From an uncultured Candidatus Saccharibacteria bacterium (lineage in GTDB: Bacteria > Patescibacteriota > Minisyncoccia > Phycocordibacterales > UBA9973), in assembly GCA_964591445.1 (NCBI GenBank), contig CAZQAW010000001.1:83010-147009 (forward strand): a DNA stretch of 64,000 bases, given 5' to 3'. Position 1 is the stretch's first letter. Each line of letters begins with the position of its first letter. The notes under the pieces are model-generated. The model was given only the letters and a program-made list of their open reading frames with translations. It did no database searches and was not told where the DNA came from. The translations under genes and the position numbers were made by a program. Of this stretch, positions 18,177-26,745 are shown piece after piece.

Positions 18177-18617
18177 TTATCGAGTAACGCTAATGGTCGC
18201 ACTGTTTTCTGCACTTGGAGCAGTGACAGTTACTCGGTTATTTGCGTTCTTAAATATTGCATACTTTGTGGAATTCGAAGTAGCTGTTGAAGGATCACTT
18301 GGTAAAGCTACGAGATATTTTTCATTTGCAGTTAGGACACTCAGATCCACCAACCCTGTACATGTACCACCAGTTGCGCAAATTTCTGTTACTGATGTAG
18401 TAATATTTGCTGGAAGAGTGTTCGTATCAATAGTGTATTGATACACTGCATTCAAAATAGTGTTCACATCTGCTCGACGCTGAGCGTTGCGAGTATCGCC
18501 CAATTGCTTGATCGGGTTGATAGCAAGGATGACGATACCTGCCAAAATAGCGATAGCCGCAACCACAAGCAAAATTTCAATAAGCGTAAAACCTTTGTTT
18601 GTATGTATTTTATTCAT
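18177..18617 (-). CDS. Type IV pilin (prepilin-type N-terminal cleavage/methylation signal)
   Basis: MNKIHTNKGFTLIEILLVVAAIAILAGIV. Confidence 0.85.
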   Translation of the reverse strand: MNKIHTNKGFTLIEILLVVAAIAILAGIVILAINPIKQLGDTRNAQRRADVNTILNAVYQYTIDTNTLPANITTSVTEICATGGTCTGLVDLSVLTANEKYLVALPSDPSTATSNSTKYAIFKNANNRVTVTAPSAENSATISVTR

Positions 18618-18623
18618 ATAAAA

Positions 18624-19070
18624 TTAACTTTCTACTTCTTGCCACGATACGACTTCTATCATGGGATTAATCTTGGTAATGCGCACTTGTTCCTTTCGGA
18701 CGATGGTATTAACGATGCCTGTTGATAAAATATTTCTATCCGTTCCGCCGAGATTCGTAACAGTATATGTGCACGAACCATTTGTAAAGACGAGCGACCC
18801 AGTGCCTGTATATGAAGAGAGGTCGCGTATTTGCTGCAAAGCCTCTTCTGTGCATGCGTGTGAAAGCGCTTGCGCCTGGTTTGATTGAGTAAAGACAATA
18901 CTGTTTTGTGTGGCAATCACACCCGAAAGAAGCAGCGTTGCTGTTACGGCAATACCTACCGCACCAACAATGAGCACGGAAAGTAACGTCACATACCCAT
19001 GCTCTTTATTATACCAAGGATTATTCAACTGTAGGTTCTTTATATTGTGCATAACCACAGATACAATCAT
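18624..19070 (-). CDS. Putative minor pilin/pseudopilin-like protein (hydrophobic N-terminal helix, non-canonical leader)
   Basis: EHGYVTLLSVLIVGAVGIAVTATLLL followed by a Thr/Asn-rich beta region; located inside the pilin gene row. Confidence 0.45.
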   Translation of the reverse strand: MIVSVVMHNIKNLQLNNPWYNKEHGYVTLLSVLIVGAVGIAVTATLLLSGVIATQNSIVFTQSNQAQALSHACTEEALQQIRDLSSYTGTGSLVFTNGSCTYTVTNLGGTDRNILSTGIVNTIVRKEQVRITKINPMIEVVSWQEVES

Positions 19071-19579
19071 CTTAAGGATATCGAAGTCGTGAAGGACCTT
19101 GTAAACGAAGACTCTCCTCGACCAGAAGGGTTGGTAGTACTTATAGTAAATGTAACACGGACAATGCCTGGCGTGCTTGCTCGCGAGAGGTTGGTAAAAG
19201 TGAGTCCACTCACAGTTACTCTACTATTAGTAAGAGGCACTGCGGTGCTTGCGCCTTCTTGTATCTGAAGTACACCAGCAACATCGTTTATGACTGTCGG
19301 AGAAATTGAGGGAGTCAACGATGTAAGAGTAAGCGAAGAAGCGCTTGCACCAGTTGCGGGTGTTGTTACGGTTTCTGCATTTGCAATGGCACGTGAGATG
19401 ACTTCAAGTGCGAGCTGTCCTTGCTGGTCGACTTCGCGTATTGCGCGGTTCTTGATGCGCGCTTCTAACACAAGTTGGATGAAGAGCGATGATGCAGTAA
19501 GGATGATTGCCGAAAGCGCGAGATACAAAATAAGCTCGACAAGCGTAAATCCTTTTTGGTTGCTAGTGAAAGTATTCAT
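19067..19579 (-). CDS. Minor type IV pilin
   Basis: Start at internal MNTFTSNQKGFTLVELILYLALSAII (prepilin signal). The track ORF extends further upstream without support. Confidence 0.75.
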   Translation of the reverse strand: MNTFTSNQKGFTLVELILYLALSAIILTASSLFIQLVLEARIKNRAIREVDQQGQLALEVISRAIANAETVTTPATGASASSLTLTSLTPSISPTVINDVAGVLQIQEGASTAVPLTNSRVTVSGLTFTNLSRASTPGIVRVTFTISTTNPSGRGESSFTRSFTTSISLR

Positions 19580-19580
19580 A

Positions 19581-20996
19581 TTATTGCGAGTTGAAAATAC
19601 TAAATTCGTTTGTATCTGAAGAACCAACACCATATACTTTGTCGTGAGCCGAATCATAACACACACCTAAAAGCTGCGTACCGTTCGGAACATCACCAAG
19701 CGCAAGTACAGACATTGAAAGCGGATTGGAAACATTAACAACACTCAACTCTTTGGAAGTGATTTTTGTACCCACAAATGCAACCGTGTCGAGAAAACCA
19801 AATTGTTTTGAAATATCAGCCACAGTTCCTCCAAGTGTAATAGTTCCTCCAAGTGTCGGAGTGGAAGCAATATTCACACTATGAAATGAGGTGTCTTGAC
19901 CAACATATGCATAACTTCCCGCTACCCCAACTGCAATCGCATCGCTTGTACCAGGCAAATTGAGCGTGCTTGTAACAACAGGCAGAGATGCGCTTGAAAT
20001 ATTGATTTGGTACAACTCAGCGGTATCACTGTCGGTCGTCATATACAAATAACTACCGGAAATAGCAGTATCGTAGCCCGTCGGTGTATCAAGCGAACCT
20101 ACTTGAATAGGCAGAAGTGGATTTGAAACATCATACACAATAAAATCTTTTGAAGTTGTTGCTGAGCGAGAAATGTAAACATACGAACCGTCTTTGCTGA
20201 TACTGAGTGCATTTCCGCTCCCGGCAGCATCAGCAGATGCAACATACTGCGGACTTGCTGGATTGGAAATATTGACAATTTCAAGCTCCGAAGCATTGTC
20301 CGAACTTGAAATATACGCGTAATTACCAGAAACAACAATATCAATCGGCGCAAGAGGAAGTGTAAGCGAACTCACGACAGTTGGGTTGCTGCTGTCTGAA
20401 ATATTGATGATGACCAGATTTGAAGACGGCGGATCACGAAGCACGTACGCATAATCACCTTGATACGCAACTTTGACACTATTGTCGGTACCGCTCAAGT
20501 TGAGCGATGACAAATAGCTCACTCCCGCCCATGTACCAAGACCAGACGCAATCCAGTTCGACAAACGAGAAACCAAACTTACCGAACCAGTGCGCTGGGC
20601 ATTTTGCTGCCAAGAAACATGCGACGTAACAAGTTTGCGTTTTGCATCAACGCTAGCAATAGTAACACTTCGAGTATACAGGCCTTGTGTATCAGAGCTG
20701 CCGGACAAAGACCACTGATTTCCTGTTGTTGAAAGTCCATACGTGCCGTCGGTCAGATTTGCAAAACCAGCGTCACGGATATTTTTCACGGCTTCCAAAC
20801 CTTCTTCGGCAATATAGATAGCTCGGGCACGATTGCCTGAGAGCGCCGTTGATTCTTCTCCGTACAAATACGCGCCAACCATGGCAAGCACAAGCATGGC
20901 AAAAATCGAAGACGCAAGCAGCGCTTCAACGACGGAAAATCCTTTTTTAGTATGTGATAGTTCCTTTTGCATTAAGAGTAATAGTGCGCGTTTCAT
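19581..20996 (-). CDS. Large pilin-like protein: prepilin N-terminus fused to LVIVD-repeat beta-propeller (putative pilus-associated adhesin)
   Basis: KKGFSVVEALLASSIFAMLVLAMVGAY then repeated LVIINISDSSNP / LEIVNISNPASP / FIVYDVSNP / LSVVNVSNP units (LVIVD repeats). Confidence 0.75.
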   Translation of the reverse strand: MKRALLLLMQKELSHTKKGFSVVEALLASSIFAMLVLAMVGAYLYGEESTALSGNRARAIYIAEEGLEAVKNIRDAGFANLTDGTYGLSTTGNQWSLSGSSDTQGLYTRSVTIASVDAKRKLVTSHVSWQQNAQRTGSVSLVSRLSNWIASGLGTWAGVSYLSSLNLSGTDNSVKVAYQGDYAYVLRDPPSSNLVIINISDSSNPTVVSSLTLPLAPIDIVVSGNYAYISSSDNASELEIVNISNPASPQYVASADAAGSGNALSISKDGSYVYISRSATTSKDFIVYDVSNPLLPIQVGSLDTPTGYDTAISGSYLYMTTDSDTAELYQINISSASLPVVTSTLNLPGTSDAIAVGVAGSYAYVGQDTSFHSVNIASTPTLGGTITLGGTVADISKQFGFLDTVAFVGTKITSKELSVVNVSNPLSMSVLALGDVPNGTQLLGVCYDSAHDKVYGVGSSDTNEFSIFNSQ

Positions 20997-21381
20997 TGGA
21001 CGATGAAGTAAGAACGATCGGCGTAAGAGCGGTGGAAGGAAATCCTGTCAATCGGGCAAATGTAACATCAGACATTCCGCTTGGTATAACGTCAGGAGTG
21101 ATGGAAATGACTTCATCGTACGTCGTGTCGCGCGTCGCAAATGTCGAACCTTTATAAAGTATAATCGAACTTGTAGAAATGTTGACACTCCATGTTGAAT
21201 CCTCATAACCCCCTTGGGCAAGTATGCTTGCTCGGCGAAGGCTTTCGACAACATTGGAAGCAGCAATGTCCACATTGTTTCTCACCTGAAACTGCTGGTA
21301 AACAGGGATTGAAATACCGGCAATAAGCGACAGAAGCGCCACCGAAAGAAGTATCTCGACAAGTGTAAATCCGCGAGACAT
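20947..21381 (-). CDS. Type IV pilin/pseudopilin
   Basis: MSRGFTLVEILLSVALLSLIAGI. Confidence 0.85.
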   Translation of the reverse strand: MSRGFTLVEILLSVALLSLIAGISIPVYQQFQVRNNVDIAASNVVESLRRASILAQGGYEDSTWSVNISTSSIILYKGSTFATRDTTYDEVISITPDVIPSGMSDVTFARLTGFPSTALTPIVLTSSSNETRTITLNAKGTITY

Positions 21382-21382
21382 A

Positions 21383-22486
21383 TTATGAAGGAGAAAGCCC
21401 GCCGATCAAGCTGTAGATCGGAAGTATCACCGCAAGCGCAAGCCCGACGACGCCCAGCCATACGATGACCAGCAACACTGGCTCCAAAATCACCGAAAGG
21501 TCTTTGGTAGTTGTTTCAGTTTTTTCTTCATACGTTTTTCCTATTTCAATCAGAGTTTGAGAAAGCGTTCCTGACTGTTCGCTCGTCGTAACCAGCTGCT
21601 GAACGGACGCAGGCATGAGGCGGGATAAGTGTTTGTACGAAGCAAAACTTGCTCGAAATGAATTTCCGTCAGTGATGCTTTCCATCACATGCGTATACAA
21701 CTTTTTGTAATGCGGAAACGTCGTTGCGTCGCGCAAACAGCGAAGCGCTTCCGTCACAGGAAGCCCGGCGGCTAAAAGCGTACCGAGCAAATACCCAAAA
21801 CGAGAAAGCTCGATTTCGCGGATCAAGCGCTTGATAGCCGGTATGCGAAAAAGTATGTATTGGCCGGCAACTTTTGTTTTTTTGAATGCAAAAAGAAAAT
21901 AGAAAAGAAGTATGATGAATATGAGAGCGGCCGGAACGGCGATAGCGCCATGCGCTTCCAGAAAATCTCCTGTACCAATGAGCACTCGAGTAAGGAATGG
22001 TAGTTTCAAATTGAGCTGAGAGAAAATATGTGCGAGCTTGGGTAAGATGAACCATGAAATACCGACGCCGATCACCGCAGCCAAACCAAGCACGAATGCC
22101 GGATACATCATTGCCGAGCGGATCTTGGAATGAAATGCTCTGTTTTTAGATTCTTCCAAGCTGACCACTTTCAAGTTTTCTGACAACTTGCCTGACTCTT
22201 CGCCCACGCGCACAAGCGAAATTACGTGGTCTTGGAACAGACCTGTCTTCGCAAGCGCGTCGGAAAGCGTGGAGCCTGCGTCCACTTCTTCTCCAACAAA
22301 AACAAGAATTTTTTTCATCGCGGAACTTTTGACGTCTTCGCCGATAGTTGCAAGCGCGTCACGAATGCTCATACCCGAATGCACAAGCGTTGCGAGATTT
22401 TCAATAAAAAAATCCCGGTCGCTTCCGATGCCGAAATGTGAGAAGTGCGGCTCTCTTTTTTTTACTTGTGGTAAATCGGATTTCAT
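21383..22486 (-). CDS. pilC: Type IV pilus assembly platform protein PilC (GspF family)
   Basis: Two GspF-like repeats with 3 TM segments; position between pilB and pilins. Confidence 0.85.
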   Translation of the reverse strand: MKSDLPQVKKREPHFSHFGIGSDRDFFIENLATLVHSGMSIRDALATIGEDVKSSAMKKILVFVGEEVDAGSTLSDALAKTGLFQDHVISLVRVGEESGKLSENLKVVSLEESKNRAFHSKIRSAMMYPAFVLGLAAVIGVGISWFILPKLAHIFSQLNLKLPFLTRVLIGTGDFLEAHGAIAVPAALIFIILLFYFLFAFKKTKVAGQYILFRIPAIKRLIREIELSRFGYLLGTLLAAGLPVTEALRCLRDATTFPHYKKLYTHVMESITDGNSFRASFASYKHLSRLMPASVQQLVTTSEQSGTLSQTLIEIGKTYEEKTETTTKDLSVILEPVLLVIVWLGVVGLALAVILPIYSLIGGLSPS

Positions 22487-24153
22487 TTTATTCTAGACTT
22501 TTTTGCTCGAACATCTACAGGCGGCTCAGCAACGCGAAGCAATTCTTCTATCGTTGTTACTCCATTTTTTACTTTATCGATGCCGTCTTCAAACAGCGTT
22601 CGCGCGCCTTCTTTGCGAGCAAGATTCCATACTTCCTGTGTTGAAGGCGAATTCAGTACAAGATCTTTCATGTCAGGCGACATGAGGATGAATTCAAAAA
22701 TTGCAGTGCGGCCTTTATAGCCCGTGCCTCCACAGACGTTACAGCCTTTACCTTTGTATAATGTAAACTTTGTACCTAAAAATTTCTTTGTAAGATCTGC
22801 GTGCGGTGCACCCGGCGGAAGCTTGGACATGCTGTAGCGGCAGTTGTTGCAGATTTTGCGCACAAGTCGCTGAGCAATCACAAGTTCAAGCGTAGATGCA
22901 AGAAGAAACGGCTCGGCGCCCATCGTAAGGAGTCGAGGTACCGCAGTTGCAGCGTCGTTTGCGTGAAAAGTTGAAAAGAGTAAGTGCCCAGTCAACGCAG
23001 CATTCACGGAAATATCGACAGTTTCTTGATCGCGGATTTCTCCAACCAAAATAATATCCGGATCTTGGCGGACAATCGAACGCAAGCCTTTTGCAAATGT
23101 CAGGTTCGTTGCGGGGTTTACTTGTATTTGGTTCACGCCGACAAGTTTGTATTCTACTGGGTCTTCGATGGTAGTGATGTTTGTATCCGGAGTATTGAGC
23201 CGAGAAAGAAGCGCGTAAAGCGTCGTTGTTTTTCCAGAACCTGTCGGACCGGTGACAAGTATCATACCAAATGGCTTGTTCGAAGCTTTTTCAAGCATCG
23301 CTTGATTGACCGCAGAAAGTCCAAGCTCGCTCAAACTCAAGCCTTCGACATACGAAGACAACAGTCGAAGCACGATCTTTTCCCCTTCCACTGTTGGAAC
23401 GATAGAAGTTCGCAAGTCAACGACCATGTTATTTTTTTCGTAGCGCATCGAGCCGTCTTGTGTTGCAAAGTGCTCATCGATGCGAAGCCGGCTTTCAACT
23501 TTGATGCGGTTGGTGATGGTACCATAATATTCTTTTGGAATTCTTCCAGCATCTTGGAGCACGCCGTCTACGCGAAAACGCACAAGCACAGTATTTTTCT
23601 CAGGTTCGAGGTGAATATCGGAAGCGTGGAACATAAGCGCGTCGCCGATGATTTCTTCGATAAGCTCGGGCGCAATACGCTTTTCTGTTTCAATGATTTT
23701 TGAAAAACGTGTATCGAGCTGCTTGTGATACATCTGAAGCGTGTTCGTCACATCGTCAGGCAACGCAAATGCGGCTTCGATTTTGAGTTTTGGGAAAAAT
23801 ATCGCAAGCTCTTTTGCAAGTGTTGCTTGAGTTGGATCATCTGTTGCAACAGTTACCTTTTTCTTATCTTGGCTTACGTATATGACACGAAGTCGCTCTG
23901 CAACGTCTTTTGGAATTTTTTCAAGATCGGCTTGCGCTGGAGGTTTGGAAGCAAGGTCAACGTAGCGGACTTTGAGAAATTCTGCTACAGCTTGACCGAG
24001 AAGCGCATGATTGAGCAACCCTTCACCAAAAAGATATTCGACGATAGTTGCATCGTGTGACTTTGCAAATTCGATCGCGTTCGCCAAATCAGCCTCGGTC
24101 ACATAATGACCGTCTTTCAAAATCTTTTGTATTGTTTGCTCGTCAAATATCAT
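22483..24153 (-). CDS. pilB: Type IV pilus assembly ATPase PilB (GspE family)
   Basis: N-terminal GSPII_E_N-like domain. Walker A VTGPTGSGKTTTLYA. Asp box, His box and CxxC...CxxC tetracysteine motif (CNNC...CNVCGGTG). Confidence 0.9.
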   Translation of the reverse strand: MIFDEQTIQKILKDGHYVTEADLANAIEFAKSHDATIVEYLFGEGLLNHALLGQAVAEFLKVRYVDLASKPPAQADLEKIPKDVAERLRVIYVSQDKKKVTVATDDPTQATLAKELAIFFPKLKIEAAFALPDDVTNTLQMYHKQLDTRFSKIIETEKRIAPELIEEIIGDALMFHASDIHLEPEKNTVLVRFRVDGVLQDAGRIPKEYYGTITNRIKVESRLRIDEHFATQDGSMRYEKNNMVVDLRTSIVPTVEGEKIVLRLLSSYVEGLSLSELGLSAVNQAMLEKASNKPFGMILVTGPTGSGKTTTLYALLSRLNTPDTNITTIEDPVEYKLVGVNQIQVNPATNLTFAKGLRSIVRQDPDIILVGEIRDQETVDISVNAALTGHLLFSTFHANDAATAVPRLLTMGAEPFLLASTLELVIAQRLVRKICNNCRYSMSKLPPGAPHADLTKKFLGTKFTLYKGKGCNVCGGTGYKGRTAIFEFILMSPDMKDLVLNSPSTQEVWNLARKEGARTLFEDGIDKVKNGVTTIEELLRVAEPPVDVRAKKSRIK

Positions 24154-24184
24154 AATGGCGAAACTTCACAATAAGCTGGTATTC

Positions 24185-24556
24185 TTATTTCAAAAATGTG
24201 CGGACGTGCTCTACGATAGTTGCGATCGGCGTATCTGATTTGATATAAAAACCTTTTGCACCAAGTTCTTTGGCGCGCTTTTCATCTTCTTCCTGGCTTA
24301 AATTGGACAAAATAATAACTGGCGCTTTCATTCCTTTTTTCTTCACTGCTTCAAGAAAAGCAAAGCCGTCCATTTTGGGCATAATGAGGTCAGAAAGCAC
24401 AAGGTCGTACTTTTCTTTGCCAAGCATGTCGAGCGCTTCTTCTCCATTGCCAGCTTGATGCGCCTCAAAGCCTTCGTGTGTCAGCTTGAGTTCAAGCGCG
24501 CGCGCCATCGGCTTTTCATCTTCGACGATCAGGATTTTTTTTGGACTTGCAGTCAT
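24185..24556 (-). CDS. Single-domain response regulator (CheY-like receiver only)
   Basis: KKILIVEDEKPMARAL...DLVLSDLIMPKMDGF...KAPVIILSN. Start probably at MTASPKK (the track ORF extends to 24634). Confidence 0.8.
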   Translation of the reverse strand: MTASPKKILIVEDEKPMARALELKLTHEGFEAHQAGNGEEALDMLGKEKYDLVLSDLIMPKMDGFAFLEAVKKKGMKAPVIILSNLSQEEDEKRAKELGAKGFYIKSDTPIATIVEHVRTFLK

Positions 24557-24634
24557 GTATATATAGTATAGCATCAAAATACACGGATACGCTCCGTGTA
24601 TGTGAATAAAGCTTGAGTTATTTTTCAAGATCAA

Positions 24635-25555
24635 CTAAGCACTAACGACTTCTTTGTTATGACGAGAGATAGTGCACGTGCCCGGGCATTTGAGGGCGCC
24701 ACCATTTTCCTCAATACAACTTTCGCACAAAATAAAATGTCTATGACAGCCCTTTATGTCGCAGTTCACATAATGTTCTGATGCGTCTTTGCAGCCTTCG
24801 CATCGGCCAATGACTTCATGTTTTGGATCATCAGTATAAAATCCCATTGTGATGCGTCTATCAAACACGTAGAGCTTGCCTTTGAAATCTTCGTTCGGAT
24901 ATTGTTCCATATATGACACAATTCCTCCGTCGAGTTGGTACACGTCTGTAAAATCTTGCGTCAACAAATAGCCCGATGCTTTTTCGCAACGAACTCCACC
25001 GGTGCACACAGTAAGCACCGTTTTATTTTTCAAATGCGCGATAGATTCCAGGAATTTCGGCATGTCACGAAAGTTGTCCATCGGCGGACAGATAGAACCT
25101 TCAAAATGTCCGACGTTGTGTTCATATGCATTGCGCATATCGACAATGTAAAATTCTTTTTTATCAGCAATCCACTGATGAAGTTCCGCCGGCTTCAGAT
25201 GAATGCCTGTAACTTGGTTTGGGTCAACATCGCACACACCAAGATTGAGCGAGACAATTTCTTTACGCACTTTGACAGAAAGTTTTGGAAAAGCGTCTCC
25301 GGTTCCCATACTTCGCTTGAAATGAATATTCAAAAATCGCGGGTCGGTTTCGAGTTCTTTGATATAGCTTTCTGTGTCTTCCTTTTTCCCTTCTAAAGTA
25401 AAGTTAATACCTTCGTGCGCGACAATAAGCCGGCCTTTGAAACCGTATTTTTCACAAAGCTCACGCTGCCACGCCATAACAGCCGCCGGGTCATCGATGT
25501 GGACGTATTTGTAAAAAAGAAGTATTTGGTAGTTCGGGTCAAGCACGTTGTTCAT
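24635..25555 (-). CDS. trhO: Rhodanese-domain protein of the YceA/TrhO family (tRNA U34 hydroxylase-like)
   Basis: ILLFYKYVHIDDPAAV...AHEGINFTLEG N-terminus. Rhodanese CTGGVRCEKASGYL. C-terminal Cys cluster. Confidence 0.75.
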   Translation of the reverse strand: MNNVLDPNYQILLFYKYVHIDDPAAVMAWQRELCEKYGFKGRLIVAHEGINFTLEGKKEDTESYIKELETDPRFLNIHFKRSMGTGDAFPKLSVKVRKEIVSLNLGVCDVDPNQVTGIHLKPAELHQWIADKKEFYIVDMRNAYEHNVGHFEGSICPPMDNFRDMPKFLESIAHLKNKTVLTVCTGGVRCEKASGYLLTQDFTDVYQLDGGIVSYMEQYPNEDFKGKLYVFDRRITMGFYTDDPKHEVIGRCEGCKDASEHYVNCDIKGCHRHFILCESCIEENGGALKCPGTCTISRHNKEVVSA

Positions 25556-25675
25556 ACCGCTATACTACCCTTTCTCTCGCAGATTTTCAAGATTGGCTCT
25601 TTGTCAAAAGTTGTGCACATTGACACTTGTATTTCAGTGCTACAATAAAGTCAGGTCTATATTATTAGCTTCATT

Positions 25676-25891
25676 TTGTATATGCATATGCGAAAACTTA
25701 CTTGGATCCTCGTGATCGTGGGTGGTCTTAACTGGCTTCTCCTTGCCCTTACAGGTTGGGAAATTGGTATGCTCTTCGGCGGCATGGATGCAATGATCTC
25801 TAAGATCGTTTACATCCTCGTTGGAGTATCTGCAATCTACCAAATCTTTGCTGGAGCAAAATCTTCTGGCGCTATGGGTGGACAGATGTAA
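25676..25891 (+). CDS. DUF378-family small membrane protein
   Basis: LVIVGGLNWLLLAL...SKIVYILVGVSAIYQIF. Confidence 0.65.
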   Translation: MYMHMRKLTWILVIVGGLNWLLLALTGWEIGMLFGGMDAMISKIVYILVGVSAIYQIFAGAKSSGAMGGQM

Positions 25892-25917
25892 TATTGAACT
25901 CGTGTGTTGAACGTTCA

Positions 25918-25950
25918 CAAAACCTCGCTTCGGCGAGGTTTTGCTTTTTG
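25918..25950 (+). terminator. Rho-independent terminator
   Basis: aaaacctcgcttcggcgaggttttgctttttg. Confidence 0.8.
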
Positions 25951-25970
25951 TAACATGCTACAATACTGAT

Positions 25971-26081
25971 ATGAAAAAGATCTACCTCATCCTTATACTT
26001 GCAATTCTTGTCCTCCTCGGCATAGGCTACACCATCGGCTGGACAGACAATGGACCGGGAACTACTTTTACCGATAAGTAA
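25971..26081 (+). CDS. Possible 36-aa hydrophobic peptide (MKKIYLILILAILVLLGIGYTIGWTDNGPGTTFTDK); not in the ORF track (<60 aa)
   Basis: ATG preceded by a tacaat -10-like box; single TM helix; overlaps the 3' end of the convergent ATL gene by about 14 nt. Confidence 0.25.
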   Translation: MKKIYLILILAILVLLGIGYTIGWTDNGPGTTFTDK

Positions 26082-26388
26082 AAAGTACTTCGTCAAAATC
26101 TTGTATCTTTCCGGTTTTCTTGTCCACTCTGATTCCCTCTTTTTTATACAATGCCAAACGCTTGGTGCGATATTCATTGTTAAGCCACACTTTTCCGCCG
26201 GCATATACGATGCGATGAAATGGAATTTTCTTTTCTCCGGCGTCATAAGCTTTAGCCAAAATACCAGTAATACTCTGGCTCGCCATACCTCCCGACCCGC
26301 AAGCGCGAGCGATATGCCCATAAGTCGTCACCCGGCCCTTTGGAATAGCAAGCGCTGCTTCTACCACTCTTTGTGAGAAGGTTTTCAT
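26068..26388 (-). CDS. Alkyltransferase-like (ATL) protein: MGMT DNA-binding fold lacking the active-site cysteine (PFHRIV instead of PCHRV)
   Basis: TYGHIARACG...PFHRIVYAGGKV. Confidence 0.7.
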   Translation of the reverse strand: MKTFSQRVVEAALAIPKGRVTTYGHIARACGSGGMASQSITGILAKAYDAGEKKIPFHRIVYAGGKVWLNNEYRTKRLALYKKEGIRVDKKTGKIQDFDEVLFTYR

Positions 26389-26469
26389 GGTTTTAGTATA
26401 ACAAATCCGGAAGCTTGCTTTTTTATTTTATCTATGTTTTAATAAGGAAAATTAATAAAACACCAAAAT

Positions 26470-26667
26470 ATGGAGGAACAAATAATTTCAGAAACATTCG
26501 CCTACGGGGAAGACTACTACGATGTATTTAAAAAAATTATTGAATACCTCGAACGCAAAATTAAAAAACATCCGGGCAAGATATTGTCACACTCCTATTC
26601 CATTACTAAAACATCGGGATTCAATCAGGAGTACACAGGCTCAATAATTATTATACTAAAATACTAA
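26470..26667 (+). CDS. Hypothetical small protein (AT-rich)
   Basis: ORF followed by a terminator hairpin at 26678-26710. Confidence 0.3.
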   Translation: MEEQIISETFAYGEDYYDVFKKIIEYLERKIKKHPGKILSHSYSITKTSGFNQEYTGSIIIILKY

Positions 26668-26677
26668 CGGTGCTCGT

Positions 26678-26710
26678 GCTGCTAAACAACAAAAAGTTTA
26701 GCAGTTTTTT
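26678..26710 (+). terminator. Rho-independent terminator
   Basis: gctgctaaacaacaaaaagtttagcagtttttt. Confidence 0.75.
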
Positions 26711-26745
26711 ATTTATCCCGAAAAAGAGGCGAGTTGCTACCGCCT

